Shown in pieces: positions 9,128 to 18,217 of a stretch of DNA of 64,000 nt. A program made the position numbers and the translations under genes. Position 1 is the first letter of the stretch. Each line of letters opens with the position of its first letter. The notes beneath the pieces are model-generated. The model searched no databases and was not told where the DNA came from. It worked only from the letters and a program-made list of their open reading frames with translations. The DNA comes from Phycisphaerae bacterium (GTDB lineage Bacteria; Planctomycetota; Phycisphaerae; UBA1845; Fen-1342), in contig JASFQK010000022.1 in assembly GCA_050115495.1 (NCBI GenBank), forward strand, positions 35,860-99,859, given 5' to 3'.

Positions 9128-10426
9128 ATGGGTTTTCCGCTGGCGGTGCTGATCGTCACGTTCGTCCTGCTGCTGGCGCTCAACGTGCCGGTGGCCTTCA
9201 GCATCGGACTGGCCACCGTTGCCGCCGCCCTGGCCGTTGGGGATCTGCCAGCCCTGCTGCTCGTCGCGCAGCGGATGGCGACGGGCATCGACAGCTTCGC
9301 CCTGCTGGCGATTCCGTTCTTCATTCTCGCCGGTTTGCTCATGGGTCGAGGCGGCATCGCCCGGCAGCTCATGGATTGCGCCGAGGTCTTCGTTGGTCCG
9401 TTTCGCGGTGGGTTGGCGTATGTGAACGTCGTGACGTGCATGCTCTTCGGGGCGATTTCCGGATCGGCCACCGCGGCGGTCTCGTCCATCGGCGGATTCA
9501 TGGTGCCGCAGATGACGCGCCACGGATACCACCGCGATTTCAACGCCGCCATCACCATCACCGGCGCGACCACCGGACTGCTGATCCCGCCCAGCAACAT
9601 CATGATCGTGTACTCGCTGGCCACGGGCGGAGTGGTCTCCATCGCTGCCATCTTCATCGCGGGGGTTCTGCCGGGCATCTTGCTGGGTGGGGCGCTGATG
9701 GTGGCCGCCGGCGTGATCTCCGCCCGCTGCGGCTACGGCGGGGGCAGTCGCGTCCCGCTGCGTGAAGCCGTCGTCCGCTGCCTCAAAGCCGTGCCCGCCC
9801 TGCTGCTCATCGTGATCATCCTCGGCGGGATTCTGAGCGGGCAGTTCACCGCCACCGAGGCGTCGGCCATCGCCGTCCTCTACGCCTTCATTCTGGCCGT
9901 CTTTGTCTATCGCCAGGTGCGGCTGCGGGAGCTGCCCGAGATTCTGCTTCAGTGCGGCGTTACCACGTCGGTCGTCTTCATGCTCATCGCGACGTCGATG
10001 GCAATGTCGTGGGTGCTGGCCCACGAGAACATCCCGCAGGACGTCAGCGCCGCCCTGCTCGGTCTGACCGACAACAAGATCCTCATCCTGCTCATCATGA
10101 ACCTGCTGCTGCTCGCGGTCGGCACGTTCATGGACATGACGCCGGCGGTGCTCATCTTCACGCCGATCTTCCTGCCCGTCGCGAAGAACCTGGGCATCGA
10201 CCCGATCCACTTCGGCATCATCCTCATCATGAACCTGTGCATCGGCCTGTGCACGCCGCCGGTGGGGACGTGCCTGTTCCTCGGCTGCGGCATCGCCGAG
10301 ACGACGATGGCCAAGGTCTTTCGCCCGCTGCTGCCGCTGTTCGCGGCGATGATCGTGGTTCTGCTGGTGACGACGTTCACGCCGTGGCTGTCGCTCGCCC
10401 TGCCGCACCTGTTCGGGCTCGGCTAG
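9128..10426 (+). CDS. dctM: TRAP transporter large permease
   Basis: LLAIPFFILAG, FGAISGSA, LIPPS, DPIHFG, TPPVG. Confidence 0.95.
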   Translation: MGFPLAVLIVTFVLLLALNVPVAFSIGLATVAAALAVGDLPALLLVAQRMATGIDSFALLAIPFFILAGLLMGRGGIARQLMDCAEVFVGPFRGGLAYVNVVTCMLFGAISGSATAAVSSIGGFMVPQMTRHGYHRDFNAAITITGATTGLLIPPSNIMIVYSLATGGVVSIAAIFIAGVLPGILLGGALMVAAGVISARCGYGGGSRVPLREAVVRCLKAVPALLLIVIILGGILSGQFTATEASAIAVLYAFILAVFVYRQVRLRELPEILLQCGVTTSVVFMLIATSMAMSWVLAHENIPQDVSAALLGLTDNKILILLIMNLLLLAVGTFMDMTPAVLIFTPIFLPVAKNLGIDPIHFGIILIMNLCIGLCTPPVGTCLFLGCGIAETTMAKVFRPLLPLFAAMIVVLLVTTFTPWLSLALPHLFGLG

Positions 10427-10478
10427 TTCGCGACCGCCGGTGGGAGTGCAGGTCGATGTGAGCGCCAGGAGGCTTCCC

Positions 10479-12473
10479 GTGATCCGTAACGCCGCTTTCG
10501 CGCTGCTTGTCGTTCTTCTCGCCACCACAGCCCTCGGGCAGGAACCGGCCGTTCAGGTCACGGTCACCGCCGACGAGCTGGCCGAACAGCCCGCGAGCCC
10601 GCTGATCTTCGGCGGGTTCATCGAGTCCGGCTTCGGCCGGCAGGTCGAGGGCATGTGGGCCGAGATGCTCTTCAACCGGGGTTTCGAGCCCATCCCCCCC
10701 TACACCCGCGCCAACTACGGCTCGCGCGGCTGCGGGCCCGACACCGACCTCCCGGCCCAGCCCTGGTGGCATTCGGGCTATGAGGAGCAGCCCTGGGAAC
10801 TCGCTCCCGGCAACCCGGACGCCCGTTGGTCCAATCCCGAGCACCTCAGCTTCTGGAACGGCCAGCGCGGCGGCTGGCTCGAAAACAAGAACACCGAGCA
10901 GTGGGCCGGCGTCGCCCAACGCGGTATCCACCTGCGTCGCGGCGAACGCTACACGTTCACCGGCATGCTCCGCACGGGCGAGCACGCCTGGGACACCGAC
11001 CCGGACGATCGCTCACTCGACGCCGAAATCCGCCTCTACGCCGAGGATGACTGGTCGACGCCCATCCTCACGGGAAGAATCGAGAACATCCGCAAGGGCT
11101 TCCGGCAACACACCTGCACGCTCGATAACCCGGACTTCGAGGGGCGGGCTGCGTTCAGCATCTGGATTCGGCCCGAATCGAGCATCGGCGTCGACGCCCT
11201 CTCCCTTATGCCGGCGTCGAACGTCGACGGCTGGCGTGCCGACGTGGTCGAGGTCGCCAAGCACATCAATCCGCGTATCATCCGCTGGCCCGGCGGCTGC
11301 TTCGCGTCGTTCTACCACTGGCGGGACGGTATCGGCCCGCGCAACGAGCGACGGCCCCTGCCGAGCTGGTTCTGGGGCGGCCTGTACGACAACGACGTCG
11401 GCACGGCGGAGTTCGTCCAGTTCTGCCGGTTCGTCAACGCCGAGCCGTTCATTTGCGTCAACGTGCTGACGGCCGACGCTGACGAAGCCGCCGACTGGGT
11501 CGCCTACTGCAACGCGCCGGCGACGCATCCCGTCGGCCGGCTGCGGGCTCGTGACGGCTTCGCCGAGCCCTTCGGCGTGAAATACTGGGAGCTGGACAAC
11601 GAGGCCTGTCGCCGGTTCGACTCCGGTGAGTACGCCCGGCGGTGCGTCGGCTTCGCTCGGGCCATGCGGGCCGTCGACCCCGAGATCGAGATCGCCATCG
11701 TCGGCTACGACTGGTACCGTCTCACGCTCGCCGAGATGCTGGAAATCGCCGGCGGGGACATCAACTTCGTCGTCGACCGGGCCATCGACGAGCGAGCCCT
11801 CCGCGACGACCTGAAGATCCTCCGCCGTTACAACGAGGCGCACGGCACGCACATCCGGCTGTGCAATACGGAATGGCCGGCCCCGGAGCGCGACGTCCCC
11901 GCCACCGTCGACCACGCCGCCCTGGACAAGATCACCACCGCCAAGGGCCGCCGCCGTTGCTGGTACAGCGCGCTCAACGTGGCCAAGACACTCCTTACGT
12001 TTCAGCGTCTCGGCGGCGATTTCGCCTTCGGCAACTTCAACAACTTCGCCAACACCTGGGGCCAGAACACGATCGAATGTCTCAAGGACGCCGCGTATCC
12101 CTCCCCTGCCGGGCACGTCTTCGCCCTGCTGTCCCGCTCGCCAGCGGCCCGGGCGCTGAAGATCGAGATCGACGGGCCGGCGGAAAACGTCATCGTTCAG
12201 ACGGCGTGGGACGAATCGCGTTTGAAGCTGTGCCTGGTCGTTCTCAACTACACGGCGGCGGACGTTCCGCTCTCGTTCGACCTGAAGCCCCTCGGCTGCA
12301 CCTTCCAGACGTGCGAAATGAGTGTCCTGCGGGCGGATTCGCTGACGGCCTACAACACGCGCGCTCGACCCCGTGTCGTCGAACGGACGGATTCATCGAG
12401 CCCCCTGCCCGAGCCAACCACGTTCAGCACGACCGTCCCGCCGTTCGCCCTGCTGCACGCCGTCCTGGAGTGA
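10479..12473 (+). CDS. Secreted GH51-like glycoside hydrolase with an inserted carbohydrate-binding-like region
   Basis: AGGAGG before GTG 10479; signal peptide; GMWAEML, IRWPGGC, YHWRDGIGP, GTAEFVQFC, WELDNE, CNTEW. Confidence 0.78.
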   Translation: MIRNAAFALLVVLLATTALGQEPAVQVTVTADELAEQPASPLIFGGFIESGFGRQVEGMWAEMLFNRGFEPIPPYTRANYGSRGCGPDTDLPAQPWWHSGYEEQPWELAPGNPDARWSNPEHLSFWNGQRGGWLENKNTEQWAGVAQRGIHLRRGERYTFTGMLRTGEHAWDTDPDDRSLDAEIRLYAEDDWSTPILTGRIENIRKGFRQHTCTLDNPDFEGRAAFSIWIRPESSIGVDALSLMPASNVDGWRADVVEVAKHINPRIIRWPGGCFASFYHWRDGIGPRNERRPLPSWFWGGLYDNDVGTAEFVQFCRFVNAEPFICVNVLTADADEAADWVAYCNAPATHPVGRLRARDGFAEPFGVKYWELDNEACRRFDSGEYARRCVGFARAMRAVDPEIEIAIVGYDWYRLTLAEMLEIAGGDINFVVDRAIDERALRDDLKILRRYNEAHGTHIRLCNTEWPAPERDVPATVDHAALDKITTAKGRRRCWYSALNVAKTLLTFQRLGGDFAFGNFNNFANTWGQNTIECLKDAAYPSPAGHVFALLSRSPAARALKIEIDGPAENVIVQTAWDESRLKLCLVVLNYTAADVPLSFDLKPLGCTFQTCEMSVLRADSLTAYNTRARPRVVERTDSSSPLPEPTTFSTTVPPFALLHAVLE

Positions 12474-12495
12474 GGCGGCGGCCCGTCGCCGATCG

Positions 12496-14025
12496 TCACG
12501 GGCCGGTGAACTGCTGCTGGAACAGGGCGAAGTCCTCCAGGGCCACGTCGCCGTCGCCGCAGAGGTCAGTTATGGCACAACCCGCCGATGGCGGCAGGTC
12601 GGGACCAGCCAGGCAGCCGGCCAGGATGGCGAAATCGTCTACGTCGACGTCGAAGTCCCCATCGAAATCGGCCGCGTCCGGCACGACGATCGTCGCGCTG
12701 ACGTAGCGCGTCATGCCCGGCCAGACGGACACCGGCGACCCAACGCCACCCGAGATGTTGGTGTAGACGCCGTCGCCGTCGAGATCGAGATAGAAGTCGA
12801 CGCTGGTGATGGTGGCGGAGCCGACGGCGGAAACGTTCAGCGACACCGAGACGAAGACGTTCTTTGCCGTACCGGGCAGGAGGAGACCGGCGCCGTCCGT
12901 CAGGTCCACGACGACGCGGCGTGAATCGTTGATCGAAATCTCGCCTTCGTCCGTCTGCTCGATGGCGTCCGGTCCGACGAACTCGGGAGCCGACGTGGGC
13001 CCGACGCCGCCCGAGAACCGTATGTGATTCCGGGTCGAGTGGTTGAGGCCGGCGGCGGCGTACAGCGATGGTCGGTAATCCGGCCGGTCGATGTGGAAGT
13101 ACATTTCGGGATACGGCGCGTTGTCGAAGCACGGGCTGACCGGGATCTCGTAGTCGTACCAGCCCATCTCGCCTTCGAGGAACATGTTGTACGCGATCCA
13201 GATGAAGCCCTTCGTGCCGGTCCCGGTGCTGTTGTACCAGCCCCAATTGGGCCCCTCGCTGTTGGCGACGAGGAACGCCCCGTAGTGCAACTGCCCATCG
13301 CGGTCGTCGTAGTAGGGCCGCTCGTCGTCGTAGGCGCAGATGCAGATGGAATGCCGCAGGTAGTGCCAGCCCTCCCGCCGAAACATGACGCGATTGCTGA
13401 TGCCGGTGCCGCTGGCGGTGCTTCCATAGTCACCGTAGTTGGAGAGGAAGTCGGCGCGGGTGACGACGCAGCCGCCGTCGGCGATGTGCTGCTTGACGAT
13501 CTCGAGCCCGTCCTCGTTGTCCACGCGGATCTTCTGCAACTCGCCCGGGCGGTTGCGGAGAGCGGCGACCCAGGCCGCTTCGGTCGGCCAGTCCGTGTAC
13601 CACGCCGTCATCGAATGCACCGACGCCGGAGCGCAGCCGACATCGGCCAGGCGGGCCATGGCGTGCCCCGTGCACTCGGCCCCCCACGACCCCTGGGCGA
13701 TGATCGGGAACAGGAACCGCGGGCTGCAGATCACGTCGGGGTCGCCGGTCGAGGCGTCGAGCCCGTGATCGCGGGCCTGCGTGAAGGTGCTGTAGTAGTA
13801 GCAGGACGACCAGCACGTGCAGTCGCCGAGCTCCTGCTGTCCGATCGGCGGGAAGTACATGAGTGTGCTGCTGTCCGCCGCCGGCGGCCGATCGGCGCTG
13901 GCCGGGTCGCCCAGGGCAGTAAGCGCCAGCAGCAGTGCGGCGAGCCGAACGATCGACCGGTGGGCGGCGGATGAGACCCAACACTTGCTTACGCGACGAG
14001 TTAATGTGACACCGTTCAACGTCAC
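12496..14025 (-). CDS. Secreted papain-like (C1) cysteine protease, paralog 1, with C-terminal dockerin/EF-hand-like tag
   Basis: Signal peptide; FPPIGQQELGDCTCW (Gln/Cys), RHSICICAYDD (His), FLVANSEG (Asn); C-terminal DFDGDFDVDVDDF...DLCGDGDVALEDF. Confidence 0.78.
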   Translation of the reverse strand: MTLNGVTLTRRVSKCWVSSAAHRSIVRLAALLLALTALGDPASADRPPAADSSTLMYFPPIGQQELGDCTCWSSCYYYSTFTQARDHGLDASTGDPDVICSPRFLFPIIAQGSWGAECTGHAMARLADVGCAPASVHSMTAWYTDWPTEAAWVAALRNRPGELQKIRVDNEDGLEIVKQHIADGGCVVTRADFLSNYGDYGSTASGTGISNRVMFRREGWHYLRHSICICAYDDERPYYDDRDGQLHYGAFLVANSEGPNWGWYNSTGTGTKGFIWIAYNMFLEGEMGWYDYEIPVSPCFDNAPYPEMYFHIDRPDYRPSLYAAAGLNHSTRNHIRFSGGVGPTSAPEFVGPDAIEQTDEGEISINDSRRVVVDLTDGAGLLLPGTAKNVFVSVSLNVSAVGSATITSVDFYLDLDGDGVYTNISGGVGSPVSVWPGMTRYVSATIVVPDAADFDGDFDVDVDDFAILAGCLAGPDLPPSAGCAITDLCGDGDVALEDFALFQQQFTGP

Positions 14026-14129
14026 CCGCTCCTTCCTTCTGATGGCTCAGCGCGTCTTCGTTCAGCGCGCCTCGATCCGTGGCCGCATCCGCGCGGCAAT
14101 CCGGCACAGCGCGGAGCGCCGCCGGTCGG

Positions 14130-15656
14130 TTACGGCCCCGTGAACTGCCGCTGGAACGAGGCGAAATCGCCCAGGTCCACGTCGCCGTCTCCGGCGAGAT
14201 CGGTGACGACGCAATCGGATGCCGGCTCCCAAGCGGGGCCGAGCAGACAGCCGGCGATCCGTATGAAGTCGGCCACGTCGACGTCGAAATCTGCGTCGAA
14301 GTCGGCCGCGGCTGGCACGGCGATGGTCGCGCTGACGTACCGGGTCGCGCCCGGCTCGACGGTGACCGGTCCCTGCATTTCCCCCGGCACCGTGGTGTAC
14401 ACCCCGTCATGATTGAAGTCGTAGCAGAAATCCACGCTGGTGATCGTGGCCGGCGCGGCCGCCTCAGCGGCGAGTGACAGCGAGACGAACACGTTGCTGC
14501 TCTCCCCTGGCGGCATGAATGGGATACCGTCCGTCAGGTCGACGGCGACGCGGCGTGAATCGTTGATCGATATGTCGCCCAGCTCCGTGCGCTCGATCGC
14601 TTCCGGTCCGATGAACTCCGGCGCACCAGGCTGGCCGATGCCTCCGGAGAAGGTCAGGAGGTTTCGAGCGTTGTGGTTGATCCCGGCCACGCCGTAGAGG
14701 ACCGGCTGGTAGTCGGGCCGGTCATCGTGGTAGTAGATCTCCGGGTACTCCGGGTTGTCGTAGCAGGGATCTGTGTAGGGGTTGTCGTCGTTGTCGTACA
14801 GGCCGAACTGGCCCTCGAGAAACATGTTGTACGCGATCCAGATGAACCCTTTCGTGCCCGTGTCCGTGCTGTTGTACCAGCCCCAATCGGGCCCTTCGCT
14901 GTTGGCGATGAGAAAGGCCCCGTGATAGAGCTGTCCGTCGCGGTAGTCGTAGTAAGGGCGCTCATCGTCGTAGCCGCAGATGCACAGCGAATGCCGGAGG
15001 TAGTTCCCGCCCACGCCCGCGTACATGACGCGGTTGTTGATACCCGAACCGGTCGCCGTGGCCCCATAGCTGACGTAGTTGCCGTGAAACAGCGCCCGGG
15101 TGACCGCACAGCCCCCATCGGCGATGTGCTGCTTCACTTCCTCCAGGCCCGCCAAGTCGTCGGCCCGGACCTGGTGCAGCGTGCCCGTACGGTTGCGGAG
15201 CGCGCCGATCCAGGCCTGCTCCGTCGGCCACTGGGCGTACCACGTGGACATCGGGTGCAGGGATGCAGGAGCACAGCCGATATCGGAGAGGCGAGCCATG
15301 GCGTGCTCGGTGCACTCGGCGCCGGCAGCACCTTGCGCGATGAGGGCGAACAGAAAGCGGGGGCTGCAAATGACCTCGGAGTTGCCGGTCGAGGCATCCA
15401 GTCCGTGATCGCGGGCCTGCGTATAGGTGTTGTAGTAGTAGCAAGACGACCAGCAGGTGCAGTCGCCGATCTCCTGGTGCCCGATGGGCGGGAAGTACAT
15501 GAGTGTGCTGTTGTCCGTGGCCGGCGGGCGCTCGGCCCATGCCGGCGCCACGGCGGCGGCGAACAGCACCGCCGCCGGAACACCGACGGAGAGAAGGAAG
15601 GCCCCGAGGGAGGGCCTGCAATTACTCGGCGCACGATCTATCATTAAGGGACACAT
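14130..15656 (-). CDS. Secreted papain-like (C1) cysteine protease, paralog 2, with C-terminal dockerin/EF-hand-like tag
   Basis: AGGA upstream of ATG 15656; signal ending APAWA; FPPIGHQEIGDCTCW, RHSLCICGYDD, FLIANSEG; DFDADFDVDVADF...DLAGDGDVDLGDF. Confidence 0.78.
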   Translation of the reverse strand: MCPLMIDRAPSNCRPSLGAFLLSVGVPAAVLFAAAVAPAWAERPPATDNSTLMYFPPIGHQEIGDCTCWSSCYYYNTYTQARDHGLDASTGNSEVICSPRFLFALIAQGAAGAECTEHAMARLSDIGCAPASLHPMSTWYAQWPTEQAWIGALRNRTGTLHQVRADDLAGLEEVKQHIADGGCAVTRALFHGNYVSYGATATGSGINNRVMYAGVGGNYLRHSLCICGYDDERPYYDYRDGQLYHGAFLIANSEGPDWGWYNSTDTGTKGFIWIAYNMFLEGQFGLYDNDDNPYTDPCYDNPEYPEIYYHDDRPDYQPVLYGVAGINHNARNLLTFSGGIGQPGAPEFIGPEAIERTELGDISINDSRRVAVDLTDGIPFMPPGESSNVFVSLSLAAEAAAPATITSVDFCYDFNHDGVYTTVPGEMQGPVTVEPGATRYVSATIAVPAAADFDADFDVDVADFIRIAGCLLGPAWEPASDCVVTDLAGDGDVDLGDFASFQRQFTGP

Positions 15657-15842
15657 GATGGTGGGGTCCTGGATGTGCTGTTTTCTGGCGACATGGCTGG
15701 GTCCATTGTATACAGACCATAACCGCTCAATCAACGAGTAAATTCGGATTGCCCTATCCCCGCCCCTGCCCCCTGCGCAGCCGACATCGTCAGACCCGCG
15801 TCACGCCACAATGGTCCTATAACACTGAGCCGCAGAACGCCT

Positions 15843-17207
15843 TTACTTCGCTCCGGCCGTCGGCACAGCCACCCGGGCGCTGACGGACACCGTCGTGCCG
15901 GCGGCGACCCTGGTTGGCGAGGCCATCGCCACCGGTACGGCGGTGTAGCGCCCGTCGCCATCGAAGTCGCAGTAGAAATCGACACTCGTGATCGTCGCGG
16001 GCGCCGACGCTGCATCGTCGACCGTCAGCGAGACGAACACGGCCTGGCTGGTCCCGGGAGCGATGAGGCCGGCCCCGTCGGTCAGGTCGACCGCGACGCG
16101 GCGGGAGTCGTTGATGGCAATCTCGCCGTGGTCCGTCCAGGTGATGGCCTCGGGACCCATGAAGAGCGGGGCATCCGCCGGCCCGACGCCGCCGGTGAAG
16201 GTGAGGAGATTGCGGGACGGGTGGTTGATGCCGGCGACGGCGATCAGGACGGGCCGGTAGTGCGGCCGGTCGTCGTGGAAGTAGACCTCAGGGTAGTCCG
16301 GGTTGTCGTAGCAGGGATCCGTATAGGGGTTATCGTCGTGGTCGTACAGGCCAAAGCCCCCTTCGAGGAACAGGTTGTAGGCGACCCAGAGGAAGCCCTT
16401 CGTACCCGCGCCGGTGCTGTTGTGCCAGCCCCAGTCGGGCCCCTCGCTGTTGGCGATGAGGAAGGCGCCGCTGTAGGTCTCGCCGTCGCGGTCATCCACG
16501 TAGCTAAGCGTGTCGTCGTAGCCGCAGATGCAGAGTGAATGGCGCAGGTGGTTCGGGCCGACGCCGGCGTAGAGGACGTGGTTGTCGATGCCCGGGCCGC
16601 CGGCGCTGTCGCCGTAGTCGACGTAGTTTCGGTGGAACAGGGCGCGGGTGACGGCACAGCCCCCGTCGGCGATGTGCTGCTTGACGGTTTCGAGCCCTGC
16701 CGGATTGTCGACGCGGATCTTGTGCAGCTTGCCGGGGCGGTTGCGGAGGGCGGCGATCCAGGCGTCTTCGGTCGGCCACACGGCGCAGTGCGTCGATACG
16801 GGGTGCTTGGCGGCCGTCGCGCAGCCGACGTCGGCCAGCCGGGCCATCGCGTTGGCCGTGCACTCCGCCCCGCCGGCGCCCTCGGCAATGAGGGCGAAGA
16901 GGAAGCGCTGGCTGCACAGGACGTTGGGGTCGCCGGTGGAGGCGTCCAAACCTTCGTCGCGGGCTTGCGTGTACGTGTTGTAGTAGTAGCAGGACGACCA
17001 GCACGTGCAGTCGCCGAGCTGCTGCGGACCGCCGATGGGCGGGAAGAACATCTCCGTGCTGTGATCGACGACAGCGGACCGCCCCGCCCCGCCGGCGGAA
17101 CAGCCACCCGCGAAGACGACCGCCAGCGTGGCGGCGATCACCAAGCCCACGGCCACGCTCGACCGGCCGAAATATCTCGTAAATCGAGGAAACTCATGTT
17201 GACTCAT
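15843..17207 (-). CDS. Papain-like (C1) cysteine protease, paralog 3, probable lipoprotein without the C-terminal tag
   Basis: LAVVFAGGC lipobox-like; FPPIGGPQQLGDCTCW, RHSLCICGYDD, FLIANSEG. Confidence 0.75.
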   Translation of the reverse strand: MSQHEFPRFTRYFGRSSVAVGLVIAATLAVVFAGGCSAGGAGRSAVVDHSTEMFFPPIGGPQQLGDCTCWSSCYYYNTYTQARDEGLDASTGDPNVLCSQRFLFALIAEGAGGAECTANAMARLADVGCATAAKHPVSTHCAVWPTEDAWIAALRNRPGKLHKIRVDNPAGLETVKQHIADGGCAVTRALFHRNYVDYGDSAGGPGIDNHVLYAGVGPNHLRHSLCICGYDDTLSYVDDRDGETYSGAFLIANSEGPDWGWHNSTGAGTKGFLWVAYNLFLEGGFGLYDHDDNPYTDPCYDNPDYPEVYFHDDRPHYRPVLIAVAGINHPSRNLLTFTGGVGPADAPLFMGPEAITWTDHGEIAINDSRRVAVDLTDGAGLIAPGTSQAVFVSLTVDDAASAPATITSVDFYCDFDGDGRYTAVPVAMASPTRVAAGTTVSVSARVAVPTAGAK

Positions 17208-17238
17208 GGGCGGTGGTCCCTCACTGGCCTTGGTCCAT

Positions 17239-17562
17239 TCATGAAACGTCCCCATGATACACGACATACAAATGCTCAGTCAACGAGCAAACACACCCAC
17301 AGAGCGATGCCGCGTCGGGTTCGTCCGTCAGGGCGATGGACTCGCGCTGCACCTGCTGGATGTCCAACGGTGTGTCCGCCGCCTCGGCGCTTGCTCCAGG
17401 TTGGGCGGCGAGGTGGTTCAGGGCGAGGTCCACTTCGAGGACATCCTTCGTCGCCCGGTAGTTGCCGGCGATCTGATACACGTCCGGACCTGCAGTCGTT
17501 CGCGCCCGGTACTTCAGACAGACCGAGTCACCCCGCCGATCGGCCATACGTATGCGCTGCAT
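17239..17562 (-). pseudogene. Probable gene fragment of unknown family
   Basis: Core stretch (GNYRATKDVLEVDLALNHLAAQ...IALTDEPD) has coding-like G/C third positions, but there is no convincing start or recognisable domain. Confidence 0.25.
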
Positions 17563-17742
17563 GCCGTGTGGGCGGTGCGACTCCTGATCGCCAACTCATG
17601 GTTGGTGCCAGACGGTCGAACGCGTGGACCGGAGGACGCCTCGCCCGACTCCGACGCGCACGGTCTCGGTCAGAGCGGTGACCGCGTCCGGGAATGCGCG
17701 GAACCGGCCTAGGTGGGGCCGCAGATGTGGCCGACGCGACAC

Positions 17743-17789
17743 TTCCAACATGCTGTGCTTGACAGTCTGTTGCGTACTGCATATTGTGC
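17743..17789 (+). promoter_or_regulatory. Sigma70-like promoter overlapped by two candidate NrdR boxes
   Basis: TTGACA 17759-64, 17 bp, TATTGT 17782-87; 16-mers TTCCAACATGCTGTGC (17743-58) and GTACTGCATATTGTGC (17774-89) resemble acaCwAtATaTwGtg and start 31 bp apart. Confidence 0.7.
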
Positions 17790-17794
17790 CATCT

Positions 17795-17986
17795 TGCCGG
17801 TTTGCCCGCCGCTTCGGGCGGTGAGCATCGCAAGAGGGAACCCGGTGAGAATCCGGGACTGCCCCGCAGCGGTAAGTAGGTACGACCGTCGTCTCATGCA
17901 CTGGTCTCCTCGCAGACCGGGAAGCGACGACCAGTGGAACTCCTCCAATCCTGGGGGGCGCCTACGAGTCCGAAGACCTGCCGGCA
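17795..17986 (+). ncRNA. Cobalamin riboswitch upstream of nrdD
   Basis: AAGAGGGAACCCGGTGAGAATCCGGGACTGCCCCGCAGCGGT (17832-73), GCACTGG...CCGGGAAG, GAGTCCGAAGACCTGCC (17966-82); closing TGCCGG/CCGGCA pairing. Confidence 0.93.
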
Positions 17987-18217
17987 GCCGTGTTAGCCGC
18001 ACGGGACTGGGTACGTCGCGTCGAGGGTAACGCGGCGTTCGAGCGGCGTGGATGTTGCCGCCGGTAGCAGAACGAGTTGAATCACTCTCCCCACCGCGCA
18101 TTTGCGCGGTGTCGCTTTGTGCACGGACGGACCGCGGCGGAGTGTCGATGCACGGCGGCAACCGTGAATCGATAGATCAACTCACCGCAAGGCCACGCGC
18201 AGGTATGGAGACCGTCG

